This document shows, piece by piece, positions 46,816-56,810 of a stretch of 64,000 nt of DNA (its first letter is position 1; each line of letters begins with the position of its first letter). A program made the position numbers and the translations under genes. Source of the DNA: Mycobacteriales bacterium (GTDB taxonomy: Bacteria > Actinomycetota > Actinomycetes > Mycobacteriales > QHCE01). Under the pieces are notes generated by a model. It saw only the letters and a program-made list of their open reading frames with translations. It made no database searches and was not told the origin of the DNA. The DNA is taken from assembly GCA_013362805.1 (NCBI GenBank), contig JABFVL010000046.1, forward strand, positions 2,437 through 66,436. The letters run 5' to 3'.

Positions 46816-48105
46816 CTAAGCCGGTGTGCCGTCGGCCTTGATCATCGAGAAACCGGTGTAAGGCACCAACGCGTCTGGGATGCGAATGGAGCCATCGGCC
46901 TGCTGGTTCTGTTCGAGCAATGCGGCCAAAGTGCGACCAATGGGCAGGCCAGAGCCGTTAAGGGTGGCAGCGAACTGCTTACGGCCTTGCTTGTCGCGTA
47001 CCCGGATGCCCGCGCGGCGAGCCTGAAACTGGCCGCAGTCCGACACCGAGGAAATTTCCCGGTATTTGTCCTGCGAGGGCAGCCACACCTCAATGTCGTA
47101 GGTGAGCGTGGAGTTGAACCCAGTGTCACCGGCGGCGAGCATGATCACCCGGTACGCAAGACCCAATTTTCTCAGGCACGCCTCGGCGTGAGACAGCATC
47201 TTCTCCAACTCATCGCGCGAGGTTTCAGCCTCACAGATGCGCACAAGCTCTACTTTGGAGAACTGGTGCAGTCGCAAAATGCCGCGCGTGTCCCGCCCAT
47301 AAGATCCGGCCTCAGACCGGTAGCAAGGCGTATGAGACGTGTATGCGTAGGGCAGGGTTTCCGCGTCGATGATCTCGTCACCGTGCAGATTCGTCAACGG
47401 AACTTCAGCGGTGGGGATCAGATACAGTTCACGCGAACCCACACCCGTTTTGAACAGGTCTTCTTCAAATTTGGGCAGCTGGCCAGTGCCCGTCATGGTT
47501 TCAGTGTTGACCAAGTTCGGCACCGAAAACTCGGTATAGCCATGCTCAGTGGTGTGCAGGTCGAGGAAGAAAGCGGCCAGAGCACGTTCAAGTTTCGCGC
47601 CCGCGGCACGGGTCACCGAAAAGCGAGGTCCCGACAATTTCGTGGCGCGAGCCAAGTCGAGAATGCCGAGAGCCTCACCGAGGTCAACGTGATCTTTGGG
47701 CTCAAACCCGAAGTCAGGAACATCGCCAACCCGGCGAACTTCTACCGCGTCATCTTCAGAAAAACCATCGGGGGCTTCATCTACCGGCATATTGGGAATC
47801 GTCAGCATGAGCTCGCTGAGCTCATGCGCCGCCTGGTCCGCTTGAAACGACACATCGGCGATTTGTTCTTTGAGCGCACGAGCTTGGATTTTTAGCTCAC
47901 TGACATCCGCGCCAGATTTAGCGGCCTGCCCCACCGACGCGGCAAGCTTCTTAGACTCTGCCCGCAGCTCATCGCCCAAGGCGATTTTCTGATTGCGGCG
48001 GTGAAGCAGCTCTTCGATGGCGGGAAGGTCCAGCGTGTAGCCCTTACGCGCTAGCCGTCGGACCGCCTCATCACCAAGCTGCACGAGAGCCCGAGCGTCG
48101 TGCAT
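46816..48105 (-). CDS. serS: Serine--tRNA ligase
   Basis: N-terminal coiled-coil arm, class-II motifs (LIPTAEVPLTN, YRSEAGSYG, TLNGSGLPIGRTLAALLE). ATG 48105 lies behind AAGAAGG. The 14 upstream codons of ORF 46816..48147 are rejected. Confidence 0.95.
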   Translation of the reverse strand: MHDARALVQLGDEAVRRLARKGYTLDLPAIEELLHRRNQKIALGDELRAESKKLAASVGQAAKSGADVSELKIQARALKEQIADVSFQADQAAHELSELMLTIPNMPVDEAPDGFSEDDAVEVRRVGDVPDFGFEPKDHVDLGEALGILDLARATKLSGPRFSVTRAAGAKLERALAAFFLDLHTTEHGYTEFSVPNLVNTETMTGTGQLPKFEEDLFKTGVGSRELYLIPTAEVPLTNLHGDEIIDAETLPYAYTSHTPCYRSEAGSYGRDTRGILRLHQFSKVELVRICEAETSRDELEKMLSHAEACLRKLGLAYRVIMLAAGDTGFNSTLTYDIEVWLPSQDKYREISSVSDCGQFQARRAGIRVRDKQGRKQFAATLNGSGLPIGRTLAALLEQNQQADGSIRIPDALVPYTGFSMIKADGTPA

Positions 48106-48234
48106 GGCATTACCTTCTTTACTTGAGGTGTGCCATGACGTTATCAAGGTGCGTGAAGCGATTTATGCCCCGCCACGACATGGGCGGATGCGCCGAACTC
48201 TTATGCTCGCCAATGTCAGCGAAGTAGGGGAAAG

Positions 48235-49977
48235 GTGCCACGCGTGCGTTTTACCGAGGTGGCGTCTCGCGCTACCGCTCACCGACTGCTGCGTTCAGAA
48301 CCCTTGTGGGCCATCTTGGCTGGCATCGGTTTGGCCGTATTGCTGAACTGGCCGATCGTCACAAATCTCGACAGCACCGTGCCACGCGATTTGGGTGATC
48401 CGCTGTTCTTCGCATGGGCGCTAGCCTGGCCGGGATACGCGCTGACTCATGGCAAAGGCTTGTGGGAAGGGAACATTTTTTATCCGGAGCCCGACGGGTT
48501 CGCCTACACCGACACTTTGCTCGGATATCTGCCGCTCAGTTTCATTGGCTCCGGCCCAGACGCGGCAATAGCCAGGCTGAACATCGTGTTCCTGCTCGCG
48601 TTCGTCATGGCCTTTGTCGGCGCTTACGCATTGGTCCGGCAGCTCGGCGGACCCTGGCCCGCGGCGGCTCTCGGCGGAATCGTGTGGGCCGCGGCACCGT
48701 GGCGTTTGACGCACGAAAACCACATCAACATTTTGACGACTGGAGCCATCGCGCTTGCGCTGTTCGCTCTGGCCCGCGGACATGGGTTCAACTTTATTGA
48801 CGGCTATCGGCCCGAGAAAGTGAGACCCGGTTGGATCGTCACGGGTTGGTGTTTCGCCGCCTGGCAGATCACCACGGGTTTCGCCATTGGGCTGCCGTTC
48901 GTATATGTCATGGTGTTGCTGGCGCTGATCGCCGCGGGAGGATGGATCGCGCTAGGCAGCCCGGGTTTGCCCAAGCCGCTGATATTCGCGAACATCGGTG
49001 GCGGCGTGTTTTTCCTGCTTGTCACCTATTTCATGGCTCGGCCCTATTTGCGGATCGCGGAACGATACGGAGTAGAACGGACCCAGCTTGAGGTCGACTA
49101 CTTTTCCCCACCACCACGTGGGCTCCTCACGGCGCCCGAGCAATCTTGGGCATGGGGCGATGCCCATCAGGCTTCCCGACTGGACATGAACTGGGCCTGG
49201 GAAATGTCGTTGCTTCCCGGCTTTACCGTGTTGGTGCTCGCCGTGTTCGGCTTGTTCTATAGCGCGTGGAAGCCATGGATCCGCTACTGGTTGGCGGGCG
49301 GCACCGTGTTGATGGGCATCTTGGCCCTGGGTACCAATTTCCTGGATGGCGTGTGGACATACCTTCCACTGTGGGAATCATTGCCGGGCTTTAACGCGTT
49401 GCGAACTCCAGGTCGAATGATCCTGTGGGCCACCCTGTTTCTGCTGTTGCTAGCCGCCGGGGCTATCACTCGCTTCGCCGCCTCCTTCGGCACCTTTCTT
49501 AAGAATTCCTCCCCTCACCCTGACTTCGGTCGACGGCTTCTCGCCGGCGTTCTGGTGATTCCACTGCTATTCGCGGTGATTGAGGGGCGCCCTAATTACG
49601 TGTACGCGACACCGTGGAAAATTCCGCCCACGGTTCAACACGAATTCCAAAACGCCGATGGCCCAATCTTGGTGCTGCCCACAACTTTCGGGCAAGAATT
49701 GACGAGCATGCTGTGGTCCACCGATGGTTTTCCCCAGCTGGCTAACGGCTCATCAAGTTTTGAACCCCCACCGTACGCAGAGGTAAAAAAAGCCGCCGAA
49801 ACTTTCCCAAGCGTGTCAAGCATCGAAGTGTTGCGTAAGCGGGGGATCAAAACAGTGATTGTCATCCCGCAGTCCATTTACGGCACGCTCTACCAAAACG
49901 TATTGACCCGGCCTGTCTATGGCTTGCCAGTGACCCGAACCGACCATGACGACGCAGTGGTGTTTGACCTGCACTGA
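48235..49977 (+). CDS. Polytopic membrane protein, possibly a GT-C-type glycosyltransferase
   Basis: 580 aa with about 11-13 TM segments and a soluble C-terminal domain of about 100 aa. The DLGDPLFFAWALAW motif in the first loop resembles GT-C/YfhO-like proteins. The product call is an inference. Confidence 0.55.
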   Translation: MPRVRFTEVASRATAHRLLRSEPLWAILAGIGLAVLLNWPIVTNLDSTVPRDLGDPLFFAWALAWPGYALTHGKGLWEGNIFYPEPDGFAYTDTLLGYLPLSFIGSGPDAAIARLNIVFLLAFVMAFVGAYALVRQLGGPWPAAALGGIVWAAAPWRLTHENHINILTTGAIALALFALARGHGFNFIDGYRPEKVRPGWIVTGWCFAAWQITTGFAIGLPFVYVMVLLALIAAGGWIALGSPGLPKPLIFANIGGGVFFLLVTYFMARPYLRIAERYGVERTQLEVDYFSPPPRGLLTAPEQSWAWGDAHQASRLDMNWAWEMSLLPGFTVLVLAVFGLFYSAWKPWIRYWLAGGTVLMGILALGTNFLDGVWTYLPLWESLPGFNALRTPGRMILWATLFLLLLAAGAITRFAASFGTFLKNSSPHPDFGRRLLAGVLVIPLLFAVIEGRPNYVYATPWKIPPTVQHEFQNADGPILVLPTTFGQELTSMLWSTDGFPQLANGSSSFEPPPYAEVKKAAETFPSVSSIEVLRKRGIKTVIVIPQSIYGTLYQNVLTRPVYGLPVTRTDHDDAVVFDLH

Positions 49978-50034
49978 CAGATGTCCCGCATCCAACGTTT
50001 CACACGTCAGCACATGAGGACGAACACCGACCGA

Positions 50035-50994
50035 CTATGCCGTGCCGCTAGTGGCACGGATGAAACGCTCTCCCGCCCGCCGAACAAGGTGCGCTAGTTC
50101 GGCGGGCTGTTCGACAACAAATTCGGCGGAGACATCGCTGAGAATCAGCATCGGCCAACTTAGTTCATCGACATTCATGCTCAACCGGCACGAATTCTCA
50201 TTTACGGATTCAACCTTGCCCCAGCGGTCGACCGACTTTTCTACGTGGGCGGCGGGGGCATGGATGAGCACCCGCACCTGATGTTTAGTGGGTCGACTCG
50301 CCAATCCGGCTTGTACAAATGCGACCGCATCTCCACCAGGTAGCTCACGCTGACGGAATCGGGCAGCGGTCACCGCCGGGTCGCTAAGCCGATCGACACG
50401 GAAACTACGCCAGTCGTGGCGGTCAAGGTCCCAGGCCACCAAATACCAGCGGCGCCCAAAGGAAACCAGCCTATGAGGTTCCACGTGCCGATAGGTCTTA
50501 GTGCTGTTAAAGGCGGTGTAGGTGAATCGAAGTCGCTCGTCGTCCCGACATGCCTGTGCGAGGGTGGTGACTGTCAGCGGATCGATGGCCGGACCTGCCA
50601 TGGGCGCGGGCATCGTGTAGCCGCGCACGGCATCCATGCGGCGACGCAGTTTCGGTGGCATTACTTGCACCACTTTGGCCAAGGCGCGAATTGTGGTTTC
50701 TTCTATGCCGGTCGCCGCACCGCTTGCCGCGCTACTGAGCCCAACAGCGATGGCGACGGCTTCTTCATCGTCGAGCAGGAGCGGGGGCAGAACGCTGCCG
50801 GCTTGGAGCTGGTAACCCCCAGCGATACCGCGCGACGCATCGACTGGATAGCCGAGTTCGCGGAGACGCTCGATGTCTCGGCGCAGGGTGCGCGGGCTGA
50901 CATCAAGTCGGTCAGCGAGTTCAGTGCCCGGCCAATATCTGTGGGTTTGCAGCAGGGACAGCAGCTTGAGCATTCGAGAACTTGTGTTTGCCAT
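50035..50994 (-). CDS. YafY-family transcriptional regulator (HTH + WYL domain)
   Basis: N-terminal RMLKLLSLLQTHRYWPGTELADRLDVSPRTLRRDIERLRELGYPV, and the WYL core FGRRWYLVAWD. Divergent from an ABC exporter pair. Confidence 0.9.
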   Translation of the reverse strand: MANTSSRMLKLLSLLQTHRYWPGTELADRLDVSPRTLRRDIERLRELGYPVDASRGIAGGYQLQAGSVLPPLLLDDEEAVAIAVGLSSAASGAATGIEETTIRALAKVVQVMPPKLRRRMDAVRGYTMPAPMAGPAIDPLTVTTLAQACRDDERLRFTYTAFNSTKTYRHVEPHRLVSFGRRWYLVAWDLDRHDWRSFRVDRLSDPAVTAARFRQRELPGGDAVAFVQAGLASRPTKHQVRVLIHAPAAHVEKSVDRWGKVESVNENSCRLSMNVDELSWPMLILSDVSAEFVVEQPAELAHLVRRAGERFIRATSGTA

Positions 50995-51056
50995 GTTTTT
51001 AGATTCTCTCGAATTAAGGACAGTAATTGACCTAAAGGGCTTTTAGAGTTTAGGAC

Positions 51057-52061
51057 ATGACAGCGAAAATGATCGAGACCCACGGGCTGACCAGGCATTT
51101 CAAAGTGGGTAAAGAAACCGTCGAAGCCGTACGCGGTCTTGACTTCCACATCAACAAAGGCGAACTCGTCGCCCTGCTCGGGCCCAACGGGGCCGGCAAA
51201 TCAACCACCTTGCGCATGCTCACCACCCTGTTGCCACCTACCGCCGGAACCGCAGCAGTCGCGGGATACGACATCGCCAGCAACCCACGCCAAGTGCGGC
51301 AACACATCGGCTACATCGGGCAAGGCAACGGCGCGGGACACACCCAACGCGGGCGAGAAGAACTCATCACGCAAGGGCGCTTCTACGGACTCAATAAAAA
51401 GGCCGCCACCGCCCGTGCCGATGAACTAATCGAGGCACTGGACCTGGCGGCGGTGACGGGACGAAACGTGGGCACCCTATCCGGAGGCCAGCGCCGTCGA
51501 CTCGACATCGCGATGGGACTTATCCATGAACCTGAGCTGCTGTTTCTAGACGAACCCTCAACCGGGCTTGACCCGCAAAACCGAGCGAACCTGCAAGAAC
51601 AGATTCAACGGCTGCACACCACACGCGGCACCACCATCGTTCTCACCACGCACTACCTCGAAGAAGCCGACGCGATGGCCGAACGTGTCATCGTCGTTGA
51701 CCACGGTCGCATCATCGCTGATGACACCGCCCAGAACTTGAAGAACAACCTCGCCGGAGACCGCATCACGCTCACCTTCGGCGAAGCGAGCCACACCATC
51801 ATCGCGGCCGAACATGTCACACGACTACGCCCGCAGGCAGCGGTCACACCCACCGCGGGCTCCTTGACCATCCGCACCATCGGCGGGCCAGAACTGCTGC
51901 CCAGCCTGCTGCGCGATCTCGACGATCAGGGCGCGAAAGCGCAATCCGCTGAGGTTGTTCGACCCACCCTCGATGACGTTTTCCTCGCGCTCACCGGGCG
52001 CAGCCTTCGCGAGAGCACCAACACAGACGTCCAGAACGCAGAACAAGAGGTAGCAGCATGA
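51057..52061 (+). CDS. ABC transporter ATP-binding protein (DrrA / ABC-2 exporter type)
   Basis: Walker A GPNGAGKST, signature LSGGQRRRL, Walker B LLFLDEP. Confidence 0.9.
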   Translation: MTAKMIETHGLTRHFKVGKETVEAVRGLDFHINKGELVALLGPNGAGKSTTLRMLTTLLPPTAGTAAVAGYDIASNPRQVRQHIGYIGQGNGAGHTQRGREELITQGRFYGLNKKAATARADELIEALDLAAVTGRNVGTLSGGQRRRLDIAMGLIHEPELLFLDEPSTGLDPQNRANLQEQIQRLHTTRGTTIVLTTHYLEEADAMAERVIVVDHGRIIADDTAQNLKNNLAGDRITLTFGEASHTIIAAEHVTRLRPQAAVTPTAGSLTIRTIGGPELLPSLLRDLDDQGAKAQSAEVVRPTLDDVFLALTGRSLRESTNTDVQNAEQEVAA

Positions 52062-52792
52062 GCACCGCCATTTTTACCGACACCATGACCGTTTTTAACC
52101 GCGAGTTGCGCCCGCTGCGCCGCGATCCACTCGCGATCATCTTCGGGATGATTCAGCCCCTCATCTTTCTCGGGCTCTTCTCTCCGCTCCTTCCCGATGG
52201 CTCATTGCAGTGGTTCGTTCCAGGCATCGTTGTGATGACGTGCCTGTTCAGCACCTCGTTCGCCGGATCAGCGCTGATGGCGGAGATGCAGACCGGCGCT
52301 CACGAACGAATGCTGGTGGCACCGATCGCCCGCTCAGCGTTGCTCGTCGGCCGCGCATTGAAAGAGATCGTGCCGACTTTCGCGCAGACCGCGATCATTT
52401 TGCTCATCGTGACGCCGTTCAGTTTTGAGTTGCACCTTCCTGGTGTGGTGCTCGGGCTCATCATTCTGGCGATTTTCGGAGTCGGTATCGGGGCTCTGTC
52501 CTACTCGTTGGCGATTGTGGCGGAGGGACAGGATTGGCTGTTTTGGACAGTGCAGCAAACGTTGCTCTTTCCAATGTTGCTGCTCGCGGGAATTTTGCTG
52601 CCCGTAGACCACGCGCCGGGCTGGCTGCAGGCGATGTCCGATTGCAACCCACTCACCTACATCGTGAACGCGGAACGCGCGCTCTTTGCCGGCACCATCG
52701 GAGCGGATGCGGCCTGGGGTTTGGTGGCAGCACTTGGGGTAGCCGCCTTGGGTCTCATTCTGGGCGTACGAGCCATGCGCAAAACCGTCTAA
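52058..52792 (+). CDS. ABC-2 type transporter permease
   Basis: 244 aa with 6 TM segments. ATGA overlap with the ATPase stop. Confidence 0.85.
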   Translation: MSTAIFTDTMTVFNRELRPLRRDPLAIIFGMIQPLIFLGLFSPLLPDGSLQWFVPGIVVMTCLFSTSFAGSALMAEMQTGAHERMLVAPIARSALLVGRALKEIVPTFAQTAIILLIVTPFSFELHLPGVVLGLIILAIFGVGIGALSYSLAIVAEGQDWLFWTVQQTLLFPMLLLAGILLPVDHAPGWLQAMSDCNPLTYIVNAERALFAGTIGADAAWGLVAALGVAALGLILGVRAMRKTV

Positions 52793-52897
52793 CCACATAG
52801 TCCAGTGGTGGGGGCCTAGATGGACCCACCACTGGCGACGCATGTCTCAAAATTTCGCGTTGAGCATAGTTGTTGAAAAGTTGCCTACTAGCCTGGA

Positions 52898-54622
52898 GTG
52901 AACAACGCTCACCCCGGGGGAACAATGCCAAACCATGTACTGGCCGTGCACAACACGAACGCCCAACCCATCACCCTTACCCCCGATGAGCAAACTCGAC
53001 TTCGGGTCGCCTGGCAAAGCGTCCTGCGCGCACTTCGCGGCGAAAGCCCCTCCGTCCTCCCGGAGCAGGCGTTAGTTGAAGAGGCCCTTAAAACATTCGG
53101 CCTCCGCGCTTTCGAAAAACCCGACGAATATGACGCGACGGCATGGAGCAGCCAAGCACGCGATGTACGGTTACCTCCCCTGAGTGAAGACGCCACCTTG
53201 GCCGCAATCACCGCCTCGTACCTCACCACGCTGGGGTTCCAGAAAGTTGGCTCGGGCCAGGGCAAACTCACGCCACGCGGCCGAGGCTCAATAGCGCATG
53301 CGGACACCGATCACCCCACTGACGAGCCGCTGCTGCGCGGAAAAGTACGAGTCACGGACTGGGAAGGCGAGAAAACACACCTCGCCCAGGCCCTCAAACT
53401 CACGATGCGACTCGTCCTGGGCGATAAAGCCGAATCCCAACTCGTTACCCGCGGCCTGTCGCATCAAGGCGCGGCAGAACTCATGACGACGGTGGCTCCC
53501 GAGCCGAGCCGAGCCGGATCCACGTTCCGCCCACGCACCTCAGCCGCGGTGGTGGTCGTCGGGTCACTGGGCATGAACGCGGTCTATCACGTAAAAGCTC
53601 ACACCGGATCGGTGCGCACTGAGACAACGCTCGCCGAAACGCCCTACGCCATGGCCTCCGGCAAAGGTGTAAACATGGCGGCGTCGGTGAACTTCGCACC
53701 ACACAACGCGGCCAACGAGCACCGGATTATGGCAGCGCTCGTTGCCGCCGTAGGCGATGACCCAATCGGACGCCAGCTCAAGGCATACACCGAGGCTGGC
53801 CTGGGAATCGACGGCACCTACATCTTCACCGACGGGCTCACCCGCACAAGTCGTATCGCTTTGGACCCGAACGGCGAGCGGCGCATCATCAAAGACCAGT
53901 CGGACAAAGGACAACTGACCACAGCGCATATCGACTCCGCCCGAGAGGTGATCGCCAAAGCTGATGTGGTTCTTGCCCTGTTTAACGTGCAAGACAGCGA
54001 CACCATGCAGCGCACATTGCGTCATGCCACCGGCTTGCGGCTGGGCTCGCTGTGCCCCGACGATAGATACAGCGCCCCGCAAGCCGAGGCTCGACTGCGT
54101 GAGATGGATGGCCTGGTGCTGAATGAAAGCGAAGCCGCCGACTATTTGAACATCCTCGGTCACAAAGTTTCTCAACTCACCGAAGCTCAAGCCGAGGACA
54201 AGTCAGCAGTCATTTCCCAAGCGGCATCGCTTGCCGAAAAGCTTTCCCAATACGCACCTAATATCGTCATCACCCTGGGCAAATATGGCGCGTTCTACCG
54301 AAGCGGCCAACAAACTGGCCATGTAGATACCCCTCAAGGCGCAAGTGTGCGCGATACGGACGGCGCCGGCGACACCTTCGCGGGCGGACTCGCCAAAGCA
54401 TTGGTCACTTACGTACGCACGCGCAACTGGCGCCATCGAGATGTGTGGCCCGCGGACGTTGTCAAGAATGCGGTCTCTGAAGGCATCAACGCCGCAACCG
54501 AAAAAATCAGTATGCGCTCGCCACATCTACTTCCACCTCACCTGAGCCCGCGGGTGAAAACGGATCAACTGATACCGGCCCAGCACCCAGCGCATCCCTA
54601 TTTCTCGAAGATCGCGGCCTAG
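52898..54622 (+). CDS. PfkB-family kinase domain fused to an unrecognised N-terminal region of about 210 aa
   Basis: The C-terminal half has VVVVGSLGMN... and DTDGAGDTFAGGLA (PfkB signature). I recognised no motif in the N-terminal region. The start may be ATG 52925. Confidence 0.65.
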   Translation: MNNAHPGGTMPNHVLAVHNTNAQPITLTPDEQTRLRVAWQSVLRALRGESPSVLPEQALVEEALKTFGLRAFEKPDEYDATAWSSQARDVRLPPLSEDATLAAITASYLTTLGFQKVGSGQGKLTPRGRGSIAHADTDHPTDEPLLRGKVRVTDWEGEKTHLAQALKLTMRLVLGDKAESQLVTRGLSHQGAAELMTTVAPEPSRAGSTFRPRTSAAVVVVGSLGMNAVYHVKAHTGSVRTETTLAETPYAMASGKGVNMAASVNFAPHNAANEHRIMAALVAAVGDDPIGRQLKAYTEAGLGIDGTYIFTDGLTRTSRIALDPNGERRIIKDQSDKGQLTTAHIDSAREVIAKADVVLALFNVQDSDTMQRTLRHATGLRLGSLCPDDRYSAPQAEARLREMDGLVLNESEAADYLNILGHKVSQLTEAQAEDKSAVISQAASLAEKLSQYAPNIVITLGKYGAFYRSGQQTGHVDTPQGASVRDTDGAGDTFAGGLAKALVTYVRTRNWRHRDVWPADVVKNAVSEGINAATEKISMRSPHLLPPHLSPRVKTDQLIPAQHPAHPYFSKIAA

Positions 54623-54702
54623 CTGTCGATGAGAACCGGATCGTTGTTCCGGGATTTACCAAGCGCCCGCAGACACGGCAACGCCCGATTTACCATTTCT
54701 TA

Positions 54703-55362
54703 ATGGCACTTTGGACACCTGCCCCAGGGCGCTTAAGACTCTATAAAGAAGCGGTCCGGAACGCTGTATCAGCAGCGAGCTCATCAAGATCCGCTGATTT
54801 TTTAACATTCATTGGCGACGGTTCGATCGCCGATCTCGCTCATGCTGGCGCGGCCGCGTCGCGCATTCCAGGCGGCACCTTGTTTATGGCTCCCGACGTT
54901 TCAACCTACGCGATAAGGCTTACCTACGCGGCGCATCTAGCGACTGAACCAAAGCAATACCAAGTGTGGATTGATCGAGCGAGAACAGAAGACCCTCACT
55001 GTCCGGTAGGTGCGAGTGTGACGCTTAATGATGAGGGCGCGGGACGGTTCTTGGGTCCGATGGAGTTTGCCGCCGCCGTTCGGTTGTTCACCGACATAGG
55101 CCCGGGCGATGCACTTGTGGTCTACCGGGACTTGAGCGAGGGCGGCTATCTTGACACCGTCTCGGAATATCTGGGCACCGAGGTGATCTATCCCAACGGC
55201 AACGCACGAGCGGTCTGTGCCATGCAACAAACATCAACGGGATCGTCGTATCTTGAAACAACTGTGGAAGTCCTGGTTGATACTCCCGAGAGCGGCAGAA
55301 ACGCAGAGCGAGCTCACCCACAATGGAAAACGATCACGCCCCCGCAATCTCCAGCAAGATAG
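54703..55362 (+). CDS. Hypothetical protein
   Basis: 219-aa ORF with no SD and more A/T-ending codons than its neighbours. No motif recognised. Confidence 0.35.
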   Translation: MALWTPAPGRLRLYKEAVRNAVSAASSSRSADFLTFIGDGSIADLAHAGAAASRIPGGTLFMAPDVSTYAIRLTYAAHLATEPKQYQVWIDRARTEDPHCPVGASVTLNDEGAGRFLGPMEFAAAVRLFTDIGPGDALVVYRDLSEGGYLDTVSEYLGTEVIYPNGNARAVCAMQQTSTGSSYLETTVEVLVDTPESGRNAERAHPQWKTITPPQSPAR

Positions 55363-55446
55363 CGCCACCTTAGCGACGATGTTTCTGTTTCTTATGGATA
55401 ACCTGGAAAACGCTGGGCGCATGAAACCTGCGCCGCATACGACAAA

Positions 55447-55911
55447 TTAGATGACTCTCGTCATAAATGTGCTGTTCGGGTCGGGTTTGTAGTCGGCGAA
55501 TGGATCGCAGGGCACGAAATCGAACTTCTCGTATAGCTTCCTCGCGGGCAAGAAGAACTCAGCCGAGCCGGTTTCTAGGCTCAGCCGGGTGAATCCCATG
55601 TGTTGGGCCTCGGAAATGATGTGCGCCAACAGCAGAGAGGCGATCCCGCTTCGCTTGCGCATCGGCGTAGTACGCATTGATTTGATCTCAGCGTGTGTTG
55701 GGTCCAACTTTTTGATCGCACCACAGCCCACCAAAATGTCGTCGTCCATGACGGACCAAAACGTGATGCCCGGCTGGCGCAACTCGTCGAGGTCCAGAGC
55801 ATGTTTGCTCTCCAAAGGCGTCAGGGATCGCATTTGCTGAATGTGCTCGTCTAGGAACTGGGCTATGTCTGGCCCAGAAAGGTCGTCCACCACGATTTCC
55901 ACTGTGCTCAT
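55447..55911 (-). CDS. GNAT family N-acetyltransferase
   Basis: 154 aa with the acetyl-CoA motif MRKRSGIASLLLAHIISEA (R/Q-x-x-G-x-A-like). Confidence 0.85.
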   Translation of the reverse strand: MSTVEIVVDDLSGPDIAQFLDEHIQQMRSLTPLESKHALDLDELRQPGITFWSVMDDDILVGCGAIKKLDPTHAEIKSMRTTPMRKRSGIASLLLAHIISEAQHMGFTRLSLETGSAEFFLPARKLYEKFDFVPCDPFADYKPDPNSTFMTRVI

Positions 55912-56460
55912 CCTTTCGCCTGGACGCTCGACCCGCGGTGTTACATCAGGCTCAGGTCGGCCTGTGTGCTTTCTTAAGCATGGTCAGCCCATCTTGGTCG
56001 TCAATTGCACCACCCACATCTATCCCGCGCGTCGATTGGTGAAACACGCGGCCCTTCCCAGGCGACAGGGTGAGGCAGCTCATTCATAACCTCCGCGCTG
56101 GGCCTGTCCCGTACCCGACAGTTATCACGTATGGGTGGCTATAGCGAGGAAACGGCAAAGCTTCTCAACACCCGAATTTCCTTCCCAAATGGGGTAGCTA
56201 TCAACAACGGGCAGATGGGTTCGTCAGCAGCCGGTGCGGTCTTCAAGACCGACTCGAAAATCGTCATTCCTGGAACCACCCACATTGATTGCAATGGACA
56301 ACCCACCGGAACGCCCGCAGTGCCTAACTGTGGATCCAAAGCCACACGGCATCTCAGAGCGATCTAGAAAGAAACGCTTTGAGTGGCAACGCCAACCACT
56401 GCTAGAAACCAAAAAAGCTAGCTACCCCACTCAAGACTGGGGCAACTAGCTGGGAAAACG

Positions 56461-56536
56461 TGGCGCGCTCGGCAGGATTCGAACCTGCAACCTCTTGATC
56501 CGTAGTCAAGTGCTCTATCCGTTAAGCTACGAGCGC
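56461..56536 (-). tRNA. tRNA-Arg (anticodon ACG), CCA encoded
   Basis: The reverse complement is GCGCTCGTAGCTTAACGGATAGAGCACTTGACTACGGATCAAGAGGTTGCAGGTTCGAATCCTGCCGAGCGCGCCA. It folds as a cloverleaf: 7-bp acceptor, anticodon loop CTACGGA, T-loop TTCGAAT. Confidence 0.95.
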
Positions 56537-56580
56537 TTATGTGCGTTCCCACCCTACCGAAAGCGGTGGAAGGTCTTGCG

Positions 56581-56672
56581 CGGAGGCTCCGGGATTTGAA
56601 CCCGGGATGGGGCTATAAACCCCAAACCCGCTTAGCAGGCGGGCGCCATAGACCAGACTAGGCGAAGCCTCC
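56581..56672 (-). tRNA. tRNA-Ser (anticodon GCT), long variable arm, CCA not encoded
   Basis: The reverse complement is GGAGGCTTCGCC...CCCGCCTGCTAAGCGGG...(variable arm GGGGTTTATAGCCCC)...CCGGGTTCAAATCCCGGAGCCTCCG. Confidence 0.95.
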
Positions 56673-56810
56673 AAGCGGCCTGCAAGGTTTTTACCCCTAA
56701 GGCCACCGGTCAAGAACGATACAGCCTACGCGTTTTAGCTCGCGATCCGGGCGGCCCCCAAAAGTTCGATACGGATATTTTTGCCTCCGCTAGCCGCCTA
56801 CTCGACCCCA

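Noticed and set aside
46816-48105. T-box or other leader upstream of serS, and a functional link to the tRNA-Ser gene 8 kb away.
   Set aside because: The serS upstream region (48106-48234) is short and shows no specifier or T-box motif. The proximity to tRNA-Ser appears coincidental.
56131-56367. 78-aa ORF upstream of the tRNA genes.
   Set aside because: It has no SD and no recognisable motif, and it lies in a low-GC non-coding-looking stretch. There is not enough support to call it.
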